This document shows, piece by piece, positions 8,336 through 17,712 of a stretch of 64,000 nucleotides of DNA. Each line of letters starts with the position of its first letter. The stretch's first letter is position 1. Origin of the DNA: Thermoproteota archaeon (GTDB lineage: Archaea > Thermoproteota > Thermoprotei_A > EX4484-217-1); contig JAPDJU010000012.1 in assembly GCA_029258915.1 (NCBI GenBank), positions 53,149 through 117,148 on the forward strand. The letters are read 5' to 3'. The notes under the pieces were generated by a model. It worked only from the letters and a program-made list of their open reading frames with translations, did not search any database and was not told where the DNA came from. A program made the position numbers and the translations under genes.

Positions 8336-9580
8336 ATGAGCTTTATTAACCTTGTAGATCGTGCAGTTGAAGAGAACAAGGAATTCTGTGTTAATGTTTT
8401 AAAGAAACTAATTTCAATACCTACAGTTAATCCTCCTGGAGAAAAATATGAGGAAATATCCAATTACCTAGCCGAAGTTCTCGAGAAAATAGGCTTAAAA
8501 GTCAAAGTAATTAAAGTCCCTAAGGATGTTGTGGAAAAGTATTATCCGCAATACGCTGATTATCCCAGGTTTATTGTATTAGCAGAGCTAGGTAAAGGAG
8601 AACCAATAGTACATTTCAGTGGACACTACGATGTCGTCCCTGCAGGTAGTGGCTGGACTAAAAACCCATTCAAACCTACTGTTGAGGAAGGTAAGCTTTA
8701 CGGCCGTGGAGCTTCGGATATGAAAGGAGGTATAGCATCAATAATATTAACTGCAAAAGTAATTTCTGAGCTTAAAGCCGATTTAAAAGGTAAAATAGAA
8801 CTATCATTTACTCCAGATGAAGAGACAGGCGGTCAAACAGGTGTAGGCTATTTAGTTGAACAAGGTATTGTTAAACCAAACTACGCTATTATCGCTGAGC
8901 CCAGCGGTTTAAATAGTATTTGGATCGGTAATAAAGGTGCAGTATGGATTACTGTAGAGGTTTTCGGAAAACAAGCTCACGGAAGTACTCCATGGCTTGG
9001 AGTTAATGCTTTCGAAAAAATGGTTGAACTAGCTCATAGAATGGTTAGGGAGCTTAAACCGAAAATAGAAGCTAAAACAAGTAAATACGATTACGGTGTA
9101 CCTGAAGGTGCAAAAGCAACTATAAACATTGGAGGAGAAGTCAAAGGAGGGGCTAAGGTAAATATTGTTCCAGGATACTTCTCATTCAGTATAGATAGAA
9201 GAACAATACCTGAAGAAACAGCTGATGAGGCAGCAAGAGAAATAGTAGAGTTCATAAACAATGTTACAAAAGAAATACCGGATCTCAAAGTAAATGTTAA
9301 AATAATGTCGAAATTTAATGCAACAGTATCTGAACCGACAACAGAACTAGTAAAAACAGCAGTTGAATCTGTAAAAGAAGTCCTAGGTATAGAACCTAAA
9401 ACAACAGTTTGCATTGGGGGATTAGATACAAGGTATTTCCAAGAAAAAGGAATACAAGCAATAACCTACGGACCCGGCGTCCCATCAACAGCCCACATGG
9501 CAGATGAGTACATTGAAATAGAAGATATGGTTAAGGCAGCTAAAATTTATTGTAGAATAATAGTTGGTCTCCTTAAATAG
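8336..9580 (+). CDS. M20 family metallo-amidohydrolase (ArgE/DapE-like)
   Basis: GHYDVVP, GRGASDMKGG, DEETGG, AEPS and AHMADEY motifs. Confidence 0.9.
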   Translation: MSFINLVDRAVEENKEFCVNVLKKLISIPTVNPPGEKYEEISNYLAEVLEKIGLKVKVIKVPKDVVEKYYPQYADYPRFIVLAELGKGEPIVHFSGHYDVVPAGSGWTKNPFKPTVEEGKLYGRGASDMKGGIASIILTAKVISELKADLKGKIELSFTPDEETGGQTGVGYLVEQGIVKPNYAIIAEPSGLNSIWIGNKGAVWITVEVFGKQAHGSTPWLGVNAFEKMVELAHRMVRELKPKIEAKTSKYDYGVPEGAKATINIGGEVKGGAKVNIVPGYFSFSIDRRTIPEETADEAAREIVEFINNVTKEIPDLKVNVKIMSKFNATVSEPTTELVKTAVESVKEVLGIEPKTTVCIGGLDTRYFQEKGIQAITYGPGVPSTAHMADEYIEIEDMVKAAKIYCRIIVGLLK

Positions 9581-9648
9581 CTCAATTCCTTCTATTTTCG
9601 CCAAACTATTATAAATAGGTAAACGTTATAGTCTTACATTCTGTAGTA

Positions 9649-9674
9649 AGTAACTGGCAGTACCACCAGTTACT
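9649..9674. promoter_or_regulatory. Inverted repeat at the start of the AAA ATPase gene
   Basis: AGTAACTGG-N8-CCAGTTACT immediately before GTG 9676. Confidence 0.5.
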
Positions 9675-9675
9675 G

Positions 9676-10788
9676 GTGATTTTAATGTTATTTGACATAG
9701 CACCTAAAACTAAAAGAGAAGATCTATACGACTTTGAACATGAACTCGGAGAACTTCATAGGTCGATAGAACATAGTAGGTTAATCGCTATTTTAGCGCC
9801 GAGAAGATATGGAAAAAGCAGTTTACTTAAAGTATTTCTAGGTGAAACAAGACATCTCCATATTTTCTTAGATTTAAGGAAAATAGTAATAGACTATGGT
9901 AGAGCCAGTATTAGGGCATTCTATGAATGTTTATCAGATGAACTAACAGGTTTCATATGTAAGTACGAGAATATAGGCGATAAACTCGTAAAAGCACTTA
10001 AACACGTGAAAGGAGTATCGATTTCAGGATTTTCCGTAAGTTTATCTTGGAGTAGAAAGTCAAGAGCAAACATAGCAACTTTATTCGAGAAAGTAAATGA
10101 AATAGCCGAGAAACATAATGTGAAAGTTATCCTAGCTTTAGATGAAGTTCAGGAGTTAAGAAATATAATTAATGTTCCAATGCTACTAGCCTATATTTAT
10201 GATAATTTAAGAAATATAGTTACGATAATCACGGGTTCTGAAGTGGGTTTAGTTTATGATGTGTTGAAACTTGAAGACCCGGAATCACCCCTGTATGGTA
10301 GAGTTGTTAAGGAAATTAGGCTTAGAAAACTAAGCTACACTGAAGCCTACGAGTTCCTAAGGATGGGCTTTAAACAGTTAAACGTAGAGTTTAGCGAGGA
10401 ACTACTAGATAAGATAATAAGCGAAGTGGATGGAATTATTGGATGGCTAACTTACTACGGATGGTTCATAACACAACACAGAGCTATAGACATAGAGGAA
10501 ATTAAGAGAAAAGCGGCAACACAAGCAGCAGTTGAAATCAAAAGATTTCTTGAAAGAAGTAGAAGTAGGGAAAGATACTACAATATACTTAAAGCCATAA
10601 GTTCTGGCATTAAGAGATGGAGCGATATTAAAAGATTTCTAGAGGCCAAGGAGGGTATGGAAATAGACGATTCAACGTTTAATAAATTACTTAAAACACT
10701 AATTAAATTTAGCTTTGTAAGAAAAGCCGATGAAAACTATGCGTTTAACGACCCTCTTTTAGAATATGCGGTAAAATACTTACTATAA
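9676..10788 (+). CDS. Archaeal AAA ATPase (ATPase_2 family) with C-terminal winged helix
   Basis: LFDIAPK, Walker A APRRYGKSS, Walker B LALDEVQ, TGSEVG, SPLYGR, GWLTYYG and DPLL. Confidence 0.9.
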   Translation: MILMLFDIAPKTKREDLYDFEHELGELHRSIEHSRLIAILAPRRYGKSSLLKVFLGETRHLHIFLDLRKIVIDYGRASIRAFYECLSDELTGFICKYENIGDKLVKALKHVKGVSISGFSVSLSWSRKSRANIATLFEKVNEIAEKHNVKVILALDEVQELRNIINVPMLLAYIYDNLRNIVTIITGSEVGLVYDVLKLEDPESPLYGRVVKEIRLRKLSYTEAYEFLRMGFKQLNVEFSEELLDKIISEVDGIIGWLTYYGWFITQHRAIDIEEIKRKAATQAAVEIKRFLERSRSRERYYNILKAISSGIKRWSDIKRFLEAKEGMEIDDSTFNKLLKTLIKFSFVRKADENYAFNDPLLEYAVKYLL

Positions 10789-10931
10789 CGTTTTTAACGC
10801 TAAATTTCTAATACCATGTACATAATGTATTTTACAACATATTCTTGAGGCATTATGAGGAATTTAAGTAAAAAAATATATACTCCTAAATTACTAACCT
10901 TAAAGAAACATGATCTAATGGGTGATAAGTA

Positions 10932-11753
10932 GTGGGTAAAGAACCCACGATATTAGTAACGAACGATGATGGAGTTTATAGCCCTGGTCTTAAGCTACTT
11001 TATGAAGCTGTTAAGGATTTAGGTAGGGTTTTTATTGTTGCTCCAGAAGTTCCTAAAAGTGCTAGTGGTTTAGGGTTAACTCTGCATAAGCCTCTTAGAA
11101 TTATAAAGTTAATATTAGACGATATGGTTGTCTATGCAGTTAACGGTACTCCAAGTGATATTATACATCTATCATTACATGTTATAGCTAAAAAGATAGA
11201 TCTCGTGGTTTCAGGTGTGAACATAGGGGATAATACGAGTATTCAAGTTATTCTTTCATCGGGGACTATTGGTGCTGCTGCGCAAGCTGCTTTAGAAGGA
11301 ATCCCGGCTATAGCCTTTTCTATTGCTGTTCCATCAGCTGAAGAACTAGAAACCAATTTTGAACTTCAAAACTTAATTAAGCGAATAGTTAGAGTCTTTG
11401 TTAAGAAAATTATTGAACGGGGTTATCCTAAAGGCATTGACGTTATTAACGTAAACTTCCCAGCTGAAATGAAAAAGAATGTTAAGGTTAAAATTGCTAA
11501 AGCAGCTAAACTAAGATTCACAGAATATGTTGAAAGAAGAGTTGATCCTAGAGGTAAAGAGTATTATTGGCTTTACGGACATCCTAAAAAACCAGAACCA
11601 AATACCGATATCTACGTTGTCTTTGTTGAAAAGAACATTGCAGTAACGCCTCTGAAGTTGGATTTAAACATTTCAGTAATAAGTGAGGAGTTCATAAGCT
11701 TTGTTAACAATATAGGGTTATTTTTAAGTCATTATTTTAATAACTTCTTATAG
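10932..11753 (+). CDS. surE: 5'/3'-nucleotidase SurE
   Basis: ILVTNDDG, GTPSD, SGVNIGDN and SGTIGAA. Confidence 0.95.
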   Translation: MGKEPTILVTNDDGVYSPGLKLLYEAVKDLGRVFIVAPEVPKSASGLGLTLHKPLRIIKLILDDMVVYAVNGTPSDIIHLSLHVIAKKIDLVVSGVNIGDNTSIQVILSSGTIGAAAQAALEGIPAIAFSIAVPSAEELETNFELQNLIKRIVRVFVKKIIERGYPKGIDVINVNFPAEMKKNVKVKIAKAAKLRFTEYVERRVDPRGKEYYWLYGHPKKPEPNTDIYVVFVEKNIAVTPLKLDLNISVISEEFISFVNNIGLFLSHYFNNFL

Positions 11754-12200
11754 TATTTTTCTAATAGCATATTGGAGCATAGGGTCCGTAATTATATAGC
11801 CTTCTTTAAACTTAACTATAAACCCAATGTCAATAAGGTTTCTTATAAGTTTAATCAGTATTGATGAACTTATTTCCTTAGTTTCTAGCATTTCAAGATT
11901 TCTTTTTACCTTACTCTATGAGCAATAATTTAATGTAATACTATACAAAGATATTCACGTACCGTTGTCTAGCTTGTTCACTTATTTTGAGGAAGTTATT
12001 TAATTTTTCTCATTTAACGTTAAATCAACTATTCTCTTTTTAACACTGCATTTTGAAGCTAAAGTTCCGGAGTATGTTAACTAGCCATTAATGTCATTTA
12101 ACCTATTTACTAAGTCTTTGACAACTTCTACGGGTTGTTTTACGTTTAGCTGTTTAAATCCTTTAATAATGTAGTCTAAGGATTATTCTTCGCTTAAGTT
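11748..12200 (-). pseudogene. C-terminal remnant of a third archaeal AAA ATPase paralog
   Basis: The minus strand reads LSEE*SLDYIIKGFKQLNV...NDING*LTYSG and SKVKRNLEMLETKEISSSILIKLIRNLIDIGFIVK..YIITDPMLQYAIRKIL*. Both align with the C-terminus of 9676-10788. In-frame stops are present. Confidence 0.75.
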
Positions 12201-12375
12201 TTAATCATAACATGAGAATAATTTACTTTATGAGTTATTGAAGCTGCATTGTTTCTCAACTTAAAAGGATTTAAACGCCATTTTAAGTTGCGGAAAAGCA
12301 TTGCTAGTAAATTACGTGTAAAAGTGTTTTCAACTAATTAATAATGTCAGATATTAAAGTCTTCTTATTGCTCTT

Positions 12376-12843
12376 TCATTCTCTTTCTGCAGATAGCGAA
12401 GTTATTATTTCTAATGTTCCAGCAGAGAATATAACTGATACTGGTTCTTTTACGCTTATCTTACTCTTTTCTAATGTTTCTCCGGGTGCTAAGGTGTATG
12501 GAAGAGGGTCTTCTTTAAGAACTTCATATGTTCCATCTTCGTAAAGTATTACTATTCCCGTTATTGTCACTGGTTCCACATAATTATTTGTTATACTTAT
12601 GGTTAAGCGTACTCCTCTATAATTCCATGTTCCTTCAACAGCTTTAGCTATGTTTATTGCCTTAATTCTTACTTCATAAGTTCTTCTTAGTGTTTCTATT
12701 TGTTCTTGTTGGGCTCGTAGTCCAAAGTCTATTAGTATGTATGCAATAATGATAGAGCTCACTATGAATAGAATTGCTATTATGCCTCCGACGGCTTTAC
12801 GTAACTTCTCCTGAGGCTTCAACATAGAAGTATCCTCCAGCAT
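12376..12843 (-). CDS. Archaeal type IV pilin-like protein
   Basis: Class III signal-like RKA|VGGIIAILFIV hydrophobic helix, then a beta-rich domain (ITNNYVEPVTITGI). The true start is probably downstream of the track start. Confidence 0.6.
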   Translation of the reverse strand: MLEDTSMLKPQEKLRKAVGGIIAILFIVSSIIIAYILIDFGLRAQQEQIETLRRTYEVRIKAINIAKAVEGTWNYRGVRLTISITNNYVEPVTITGIVILYEDGTYEVLKEDPLPYTLAPGETLEKSKISVKEPVSVIFSAGTLEIITSLSAERE

Positions 12844-13234
12844 AAACTATTTTAACGTAAACTATGTCTCCTGAATCAAGTGTGATAGGGCTTGTTATGG
12901 AGATTTCTTCTACAGCGTATTTGTCTAGGTTTAATGTTGTTTCGTAAGCTAATGTATCATTTACATATATGGCGTTTACTTCTACAGGAAAGGAACCAGT
13001 AGCTACGACTATACTGATGCTACGTGTGCTTGAATATCCATGAACCAGGAGAATTGTTAATTGCTGCTTTGACCTTATTTCTTCAGCTAATAATTCTTGC
13101 GATATTCTTTGTTGGTAAAATGTTGATTTATAGTAAAGATATAGGTAAAGCGCTGTACCTATGGAAACAACTATTAGGAGAAGCAGCATTGAAGCAACTA
13201 TTTCGCTAATAGATAGCTTAAACTTATTTCTCAT
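12797..13234 (-). CDS. Archaeal type IV pilin-like protein
   Basis: K-L-S|ISEIVASMLLLLIVV class III signal-like N-terminus with Glu at +3. Confidence 0.7.
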   Translation of the reverse strand: MRNKFKLSISEIVASMLLLLIVVSIGTALYLYLYYKSTFYQQRISQELLAEEIRSKQQLTILLVHGYSSTRSISIVVATGSFPVEVNAIYVNDTLAYETTLNLDKYAVEEISITSPITLDSGDIVYVKIVYAGGYFYVEASGEVT

Positions 13235-13536
13235 TATGTTTCCCGTTTCAAGAAGTAACTATGACTACTTCGGGTTTTAAGTTTTAATACGTTACACGTT
13301 TCATTTAAAAACTTTACTCTTCCTGAAACTCTTTATGATATTGAATCTAATAATTCGTGATATTTCTTTCTTCTTAAGCTCTTTAATTTTAGCGCTAAAT
13401 AATTATAATGTTTACAGTATTCTCTGAAGTAAGCATTAGCACTAGGTATATATTTGGTTATATTATTTTTTGAAACATTGTTAGTTAGGCTTATTTTATG
13501 GTTAAAGAAAAGTACGTGCTTTTCCTCATTATTAGG

Positions 13537-15537
13537 TTATTGTATTTTTATGTCCCACTTTATTCCTATGATTTCTTCTTCTTTCCATAGAAATCTTTGC
13601 CAATATTCTTTAGCTGCTTCTACACCTTCTTTGATTAATTTTTCATACCATTTCTCTGCTCCATATTCTTTAGCTGCTAAGGTAAAGTAGTCTATTATTC
13701 TCTTACTTTCCCAGAAAACTGGTTTATAACCTGCTTTCTTATCATATTCTACTATTCTTCTTAAAAGTTCTTTATTGTGTTCATCCATGTTTACCTCTAT
13801 TCCATAGGCTTCTTCTATGAGTTTAGGCAGTATTTTTTCTCCCCATCCTCTATGGAACCTGCATAGTCCTCCTTCTTCAGAGTATAACTCCTTAAAAGCT
13901 CTTCTAATCGCTTTTACTGCTAAATCTTCAGGCTCCATAAATATTCCATGATAGTATGTTAGATATTTCCCTATTATCGGTAATGGCATTATATTTCCAG
14001 GACCCCAATACATTGCCGGTGTTAAGCTTCCATCAGGGCCGAACGGTACGTAGATTGCTATATCTTCGAATTTGAGATTTTCTCTTCTAACGTTTTCTTC
14101 AAACATTTCATCTAATTTTTTAGCTGCTCTTCTAATACCTTCACCAATTACCTTATAAGCTTCTCCTGCTCCAAAAGCTAGCTTCCAAGCTATTGTTTTA
14201 ACAATTTCCGCATTATGTTGAGACAGCTCTTTAACCTTAGTTAAGTCATAGTATAGTTTATGATCAAAGTATGGTTTGCTCTTCAATCCTAAAGCTTCAA
14301 CAGGTATTAGGTTTCTATGAACTGCTTCTAAAATCCATGAAACTGTATTTCCGAATTCTATGGCATCATAACCCATAGCATCTATTACGTCTACTACTTC
14401 AACTGCTACATCTAAGTCTAAAACACCTGTATTAGCTGTACTTGCACAGTATGGTTCATAGTCTATTTTATATCCTTTATACATTTTCTTACAAACAGCA
14501 ACACATGGTTCGTCACATGTCCTCCAAAGTCTCTTAGCAATACTTAACTCATTAAATGGTTTAACATAAACCTCATTAATAACTTCCTTGAAGAACTTCT
14601 TTCTTTCCTCTTCACTCCAATAAATATATGACCAATTAAATGTCGGGTTTAAGCCGTTATAGTATGCATAGTTATTTCCGAATGTACCTCCGGATTTTGT
14701 TTTGGGATCATATCTATACTTTACTGTAGCATTCATTAATACAGTGTTCATAGGGTTACCTAATAGTTTTTGAAATACATTGTTAAGTACTTTAAAGTTT
14801 GAAAGATCCGTTTTCGGAAACTTATGTTTTTTAACGTAGCTTCCTCCATAAACTATAGCTGCAACCTTATGTGCTCTATAAAGTACTGATCCTGGCCCTC
14901 CTCTTGCAGAATACTCTACGGGCTTACCTTTGAAGTTAAAGTCTCTCGAAGCATAAGACATTAGTGCACCATTCCTCGTATATACTGATGCAGGACCTAC
15001 AGTTATTATTCTTACAGGAACTTTACCGTAGAAATCGCTATAGTTGTCTACAATATAGTGTGCCAACGCAAAGCCACCGCATGACTCTTTATACTTCTTA
15101 AATATTTCTATAAGTTTTTCCTCAGCCAAATGTTCAAAACGTATTTTAATTTCTCCTGAAGGCTCAGATTTCATAAGAATTATTGCTGGTTCCTTAGCTT
15201 TACCTTCTATTGCAGCATAGTCTACGCCTAAATATCTGAAAACATATGCTGCGCCGCCCATGCTTGATAGGAAGAAGCCGCCCCATAATGGTGATCTAAA
15301 AGTGAAAACTAGCCTTCTTGTACCTGAAATTTCACTCCAGCTTAAAAGACCTGCCCCGAGACATAGCACATTATGTTCATCAAATATTGAATAATCGTAG
15401 CTCCTATATTTTACAAGATGGCAGTGAAGACCCCAACTCACTGGTCCAATTATGCTTCCATTCGTATCTTCTATGTGAAAAGTTTCTTTTGAAACATTAA
15501 TTACTAAGGCTTTACCTACCATAGTATTGACCTTCAA
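13537..15537 (-). CDS. gor: Glyceraldehyde-3-phosphate:ferredoxin oxidoreductase (W/Mo-pterin AOR family)
   Basis: FRSPLWGG..SSMGGA, ARGGPGSVL, KYRYDPK..GGTFG, CDEPCVAVCKK, DAMGYDAIEFG, MYWGPGN and CRFHRGW are GAPOR-typical motifs. Confidence 0.92.
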   Translation of the reverse strand: MKVNTMVGKALVINVSKETFHIEDTNGSIIGPVSWGLHCHLVKYRSYDYSIFDEHNVLCLGAGLLSWSEISGTRRLVFTFRSPLWGGFFLSSMGGAAYVFRYLGVDYAAIEGKAKEPAIILMKSEPSGEIKIRFEHLAEEKLIEIFKKYKESCGGFALAHYIVDNYSDFYGKVPVRIITVGPASVYTRNGALMSYASRDFNFKGKPVEYSARGGPGSVLYRAHKVAAIVYGGSYVKKHKFPKTDLSNFKVLNNVFQKLLGNPMNTVLMNATVKYRYDPKTKSGGTFGNNYAYYNGLNPTFNWSYIYWSEEERKKFFKEVINEVYVKPFNELSIAKRLWRTCDEPCVAVCKKMYKGYKIDYEPYCASTANTGVLDLDVAVEVVDVIDAMGYDAIEFGNTVSWILEAVHRNLIPVEALGLKSKPYFDHKLYYDLTKVKELSQHNAEIVKTIAWKLAFGAGEAYKVIGEGIRRAAKKLDEMFEENVRRENLKFEDIAIYVPFGPDGSLTPAMYWGPGNIMPLPIIGKYLTYYHGIFMEPEDLAVKAIRRAFKELYSEEGGLCRFHRGWGEKILPKLIEEAYGIEVNMDEHNKELLRRIVEYDKKAGYKPVFWESKRIIDYFTLAAKEYGAEKWYEKLIKEGVEAAKEYWQRFLWKEEEIIGIKWDIKIQ

Positions 15538-15628
15538 AACTTTTTATACTACTTTTATAGCGGCGCTTTATTATGTTTTTCCGAAAAAGACTAAGTAAGT
15601 TTAACTTTAGGTTACCGTATATACTTTA

Positions 15629-16495
15629 GTGGGGTCGTATATGATTGGTCGAAAAACTCTAATCTACTTTTTAACTGCAATATTAATTATGGTGTTGATA
15701 TTGACATACATTACTCTACTCAAAAAACCTACTGAAACTACTATGCAAGTAGAAGCAACTTATTCTCTTAAACCTATACCCTACGTTGAAATTTACGTGC
15801 TAAACGATAACTATGAGTATGATGATTTTCTTAGCGACTGGGGTGTTTCATTCCTCATTAAAACACCTAACAACACTTTCCTATTTGATACTGGTCCAAG
15901 CGCTTACACCTTACTTTACAACGCTGAAAAATTGGGTCTAAATCTAAGTAATGTAGAGTTCATAGTTATTTCCCATAGTCATGGAGACCACACCGGTGGT
16001 TTAGAAGGCCTAGGGCGGATACTTAGAGGAAGAAAAGTTTACATACCTTCAGGTGCAGGTTATGGTTTATCTTCATGGATAGAGAATTTAGGTTTTGAAG
16101 TAGTTAAAGTCAATGAAACAACGGTTATTGCCCCGGGAGCTGCTATCATTGGAGAGCTATATGGTCCACCTTGGGAGCAAGCTCTCGCTATTTACGTTGA
16201 AAATAAGGGGCTCATTATACTTACTGGCTGTAGTCACCCAGGTGTTGAGAATATTGTTGAGAAAGCTACTAAGGAATTAAACATTAAACCATACTTGGTG
16301 ATTGGCGGTTTCCACTTAGCCGGAGCTTCGGAAAGTAGAATAAGAAACACTATAAGTAAACTACTAGCTTTAGGAGTTAAGAAGATATGCCCAATACATT
16401 GTAGCGGAGATAGAATTAGAGAAATTTTAGCTAACAATTACCCCGAAGTTTACGGAGATGGGCATGTAGGTTTAGTTTTGAAAATAAGTAAATAA
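15629..16495 (+). CDS. MBL-fold metallo-hydrolase with N-terminal membrane anchor
   Basis: FLFDTG, SHSHGDHTGG, EQAL, TGCSHPG, GGFHL and HCSG, plus a hydrophobic N-terminal helix. Confidence 0.88.
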   Translation: MGSYMIGRKTLIYFLTAILIMVLILTYITLLKKPTETTMQVEATYSLKPIPYVEIYVLNDNYEYDDFLSDWGVSFLIKTPNNTFLFDTGPSAYTLLYNAEKLGLNLSNVEFIVISHSHGDHTGGLEGLGRILRGRKVYIPSGAGYGLSSWIENLGFEVVKVNETTVIAPGAAIIGELYGPPWEQALAIYVENKGLIILTGCSHPGVENIVEKATKELNIKPYLVIGGFHLAGASESRIRNTISKLLALGVKKICPIHCSGDRIREILANNYPEVYGDGHVGLVLKISK

Positions 16496-16504
16496 GTAAA
16501 AAAG

Positions 16505-16732
16505 CTACCATTTAGCTTGCCTAAACCCTCCTCTCATACCCCACTTTTTTCCTCTTCCTCTACCCTTATCCACTCTTATAATTGTTGGTGCTCCACATTT
16601 AGGACATTGCATTGGCCTAGGGGTTCCGTAAGGGACTGTAAACTGGTATCCGCAGCTTAAACATTTAAAGACCCTATATCCTCCTGGAGGACCATGGTAT
16701 CCCACAGGTTCCGCCTCAAAACTGCGGTCCAC
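16505..16732 (-). CDS. Small zinc-ribbon protein with G/R-rich tail
   Basis: FKCLSCG..VPYGTPRPMQCPKCG followed by GRGRGKKWGMRGG. Confidence 0.75.
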   Translation of the reverse strand: MDRSFEAEPVGYHGPPGGYRVFKCLSCGYQFTVPYGTPRPMQCPKCGAPTIIRVDKGRGRGKKWGMRGGFRQAKW

Positions 16733-17063
16733 TTTTCCTCCGCTTAACTATTTCCCTAAGCTCCTTAATTCGTTCCTCGACACTTTTCAGCTCGTCTTGC
16801 AGGTCTCTTAAGTCTTCCTCTAATGCTTTCTTATAGTCTTCAAGCATTGCTAATTCTTCTTCAGGCGTCATAGGAGGTGGTGGAGGCATAAAGTACGGCA
16901 TCGGTGGGTATGGTGGATACTGTGGTGTTGGCTGCGTTTGCTGTTGTGTCTGTTGCTGCTGCGTAGGCGGCTGATACGGGTAGGGTTGAGGATAATACGG
17001 CATTGGTGGGGGCATGTATCTCCAAAATCTCCTATACCATCTAAACCATGACATACTGTTCAC
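16716..17063 (-). CDS. DUF5320-like protein: P/Y/Q-rich region plus coiled coil
   Basis: PYYPQPYPYQPPTQQQQTQQQ.. then TPEEELAMLEDYKKALEEDL..LKSVEERIKEL. Confidence 0.75.
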   Translation of the reverse strand: MNSMSWFRWYRRFWRYMPPPMPYYPQPYPYQPPTQQQQTQQQTQPTPQYPPYPPMPYFMPPPPPMTPEEELAMLEDYKKALEEDLRDLQDELKSVEERIKELREIVKRRKSGPQF

Positions 17064-17095
17064 CGTGTTATATTGATGCTTCCTTCTATTTCTTC

Positions 17096-17302
17096 CTATT
17101 TAGTAACGGCTTGCTCTAGAGACTTAGTTATTGCTTCGAAAGCTTTTCTCCAAGCATCTAGAGCTACTCTATATGCTTCAATATAAAACATCCAGTAATA
17201 GGGGTATATCATCCACTGAAACGCTGTAGCCATTAGGTACATTGGGTCATAGGGTAGGGGATATGTTGGGGTATATGGTGGATACCAGTACCACCAATAC
17301 AT
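17096..17302 (-). CDS. Small Y/W/P-rich hypothetical protein
   Basis: 68-aa ORF inside a tightly packed operon, with a GGGG SD-like sequence upstream. Confidence 0.7.
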   Translation of the reverse strand: MYWWYWYPPYTPTYPLPYDPMYLMATAFQWMIYPYYWMFYIEAYRVALDAWRKAFEAITKSLEQAVTK

Positions 17303-17308
17303 CCCCTA

Positions 17309-17593
17309 TCACCACCACGGGTAGATTCCAGGATAGGGAAATGAGTAGTATGTTGGGAACCAATAGTATGACGACGGATAGTATGGATATCCATATAGTG
17401 GATAGTACCATCTAAAGCCCCAAGGCCATCCGAAAAGCCACCAGCAAGCTCCTCTACCAAAGTACCATCCAGGTCTTTGCCATGGTGGAAGATAGCTGAA
17501 TGGTCCTCTACCAGGCCATGGCCCTGTCCAACCCCATCTCCAACCTCCTCTACCCCATCCACCTCTCCAACCAAACCATGGTGCCCAAGCCAT
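17309..17593 (-). CDS. Small W/G/Y/P-rich low-complexity protein
   Basis: GWRGGWGRGGW..GPWPGRGPFSYLPPWQRPGW.., with a GGTGA SD upstream. First gene of the operon. Confidence 0.75.
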   Translation of the reverse strand: MAWAPWFGWRGGWGRGGWRWGWTGPWPGRGPFSYLPPWQRPGWYFGRGACWWLFGWPWGFRWYYPLYGYPYYPSSYYWFPTYYSFPYPGIYPWW

Positions 17594-17631
17594 ATTTTCA
17601 CCATTTAAAGTAGAGGTTCTGGGAGAATATA

Positions 17632-17655
17632 AATTTTGTGCATTTGCACAAAATT
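17632..17655. promoter_or_regulatory. Perfect palindromic operator between divergent genes
   Basis: AATTTTGTGCA-TT-TGCACAAAATT (11-bp arms), abutting the minus-strand TATA (TTTATATT) of the small-protein operon. Confidence 0.7.
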
Positions 17656-17712
17656 ATTGAAAAACATAATTTACGGGTAACACTAATTTTCTAGCATAGT
17701 AGAGGAGTATCT

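Noticed and set aside
8336-9580. M20 hydrolase as the YgeY ortholog of the purine pathway
   Set aside because: The motifs look like generic archaeal ArgE/DapE (GHYDVVP) and it lies about 24 kb from the cluster. It cannot be excluded without a phylogeny, so I did not call it.
17233-17604. 123-aa alternative-frame ORF overlapping the W/G-rich gene
   Set aside because: Shadow ORF of GC-rich low-complexity DNA. The 17309-17593 frame has the SD, the operon packing and the family-like motif.
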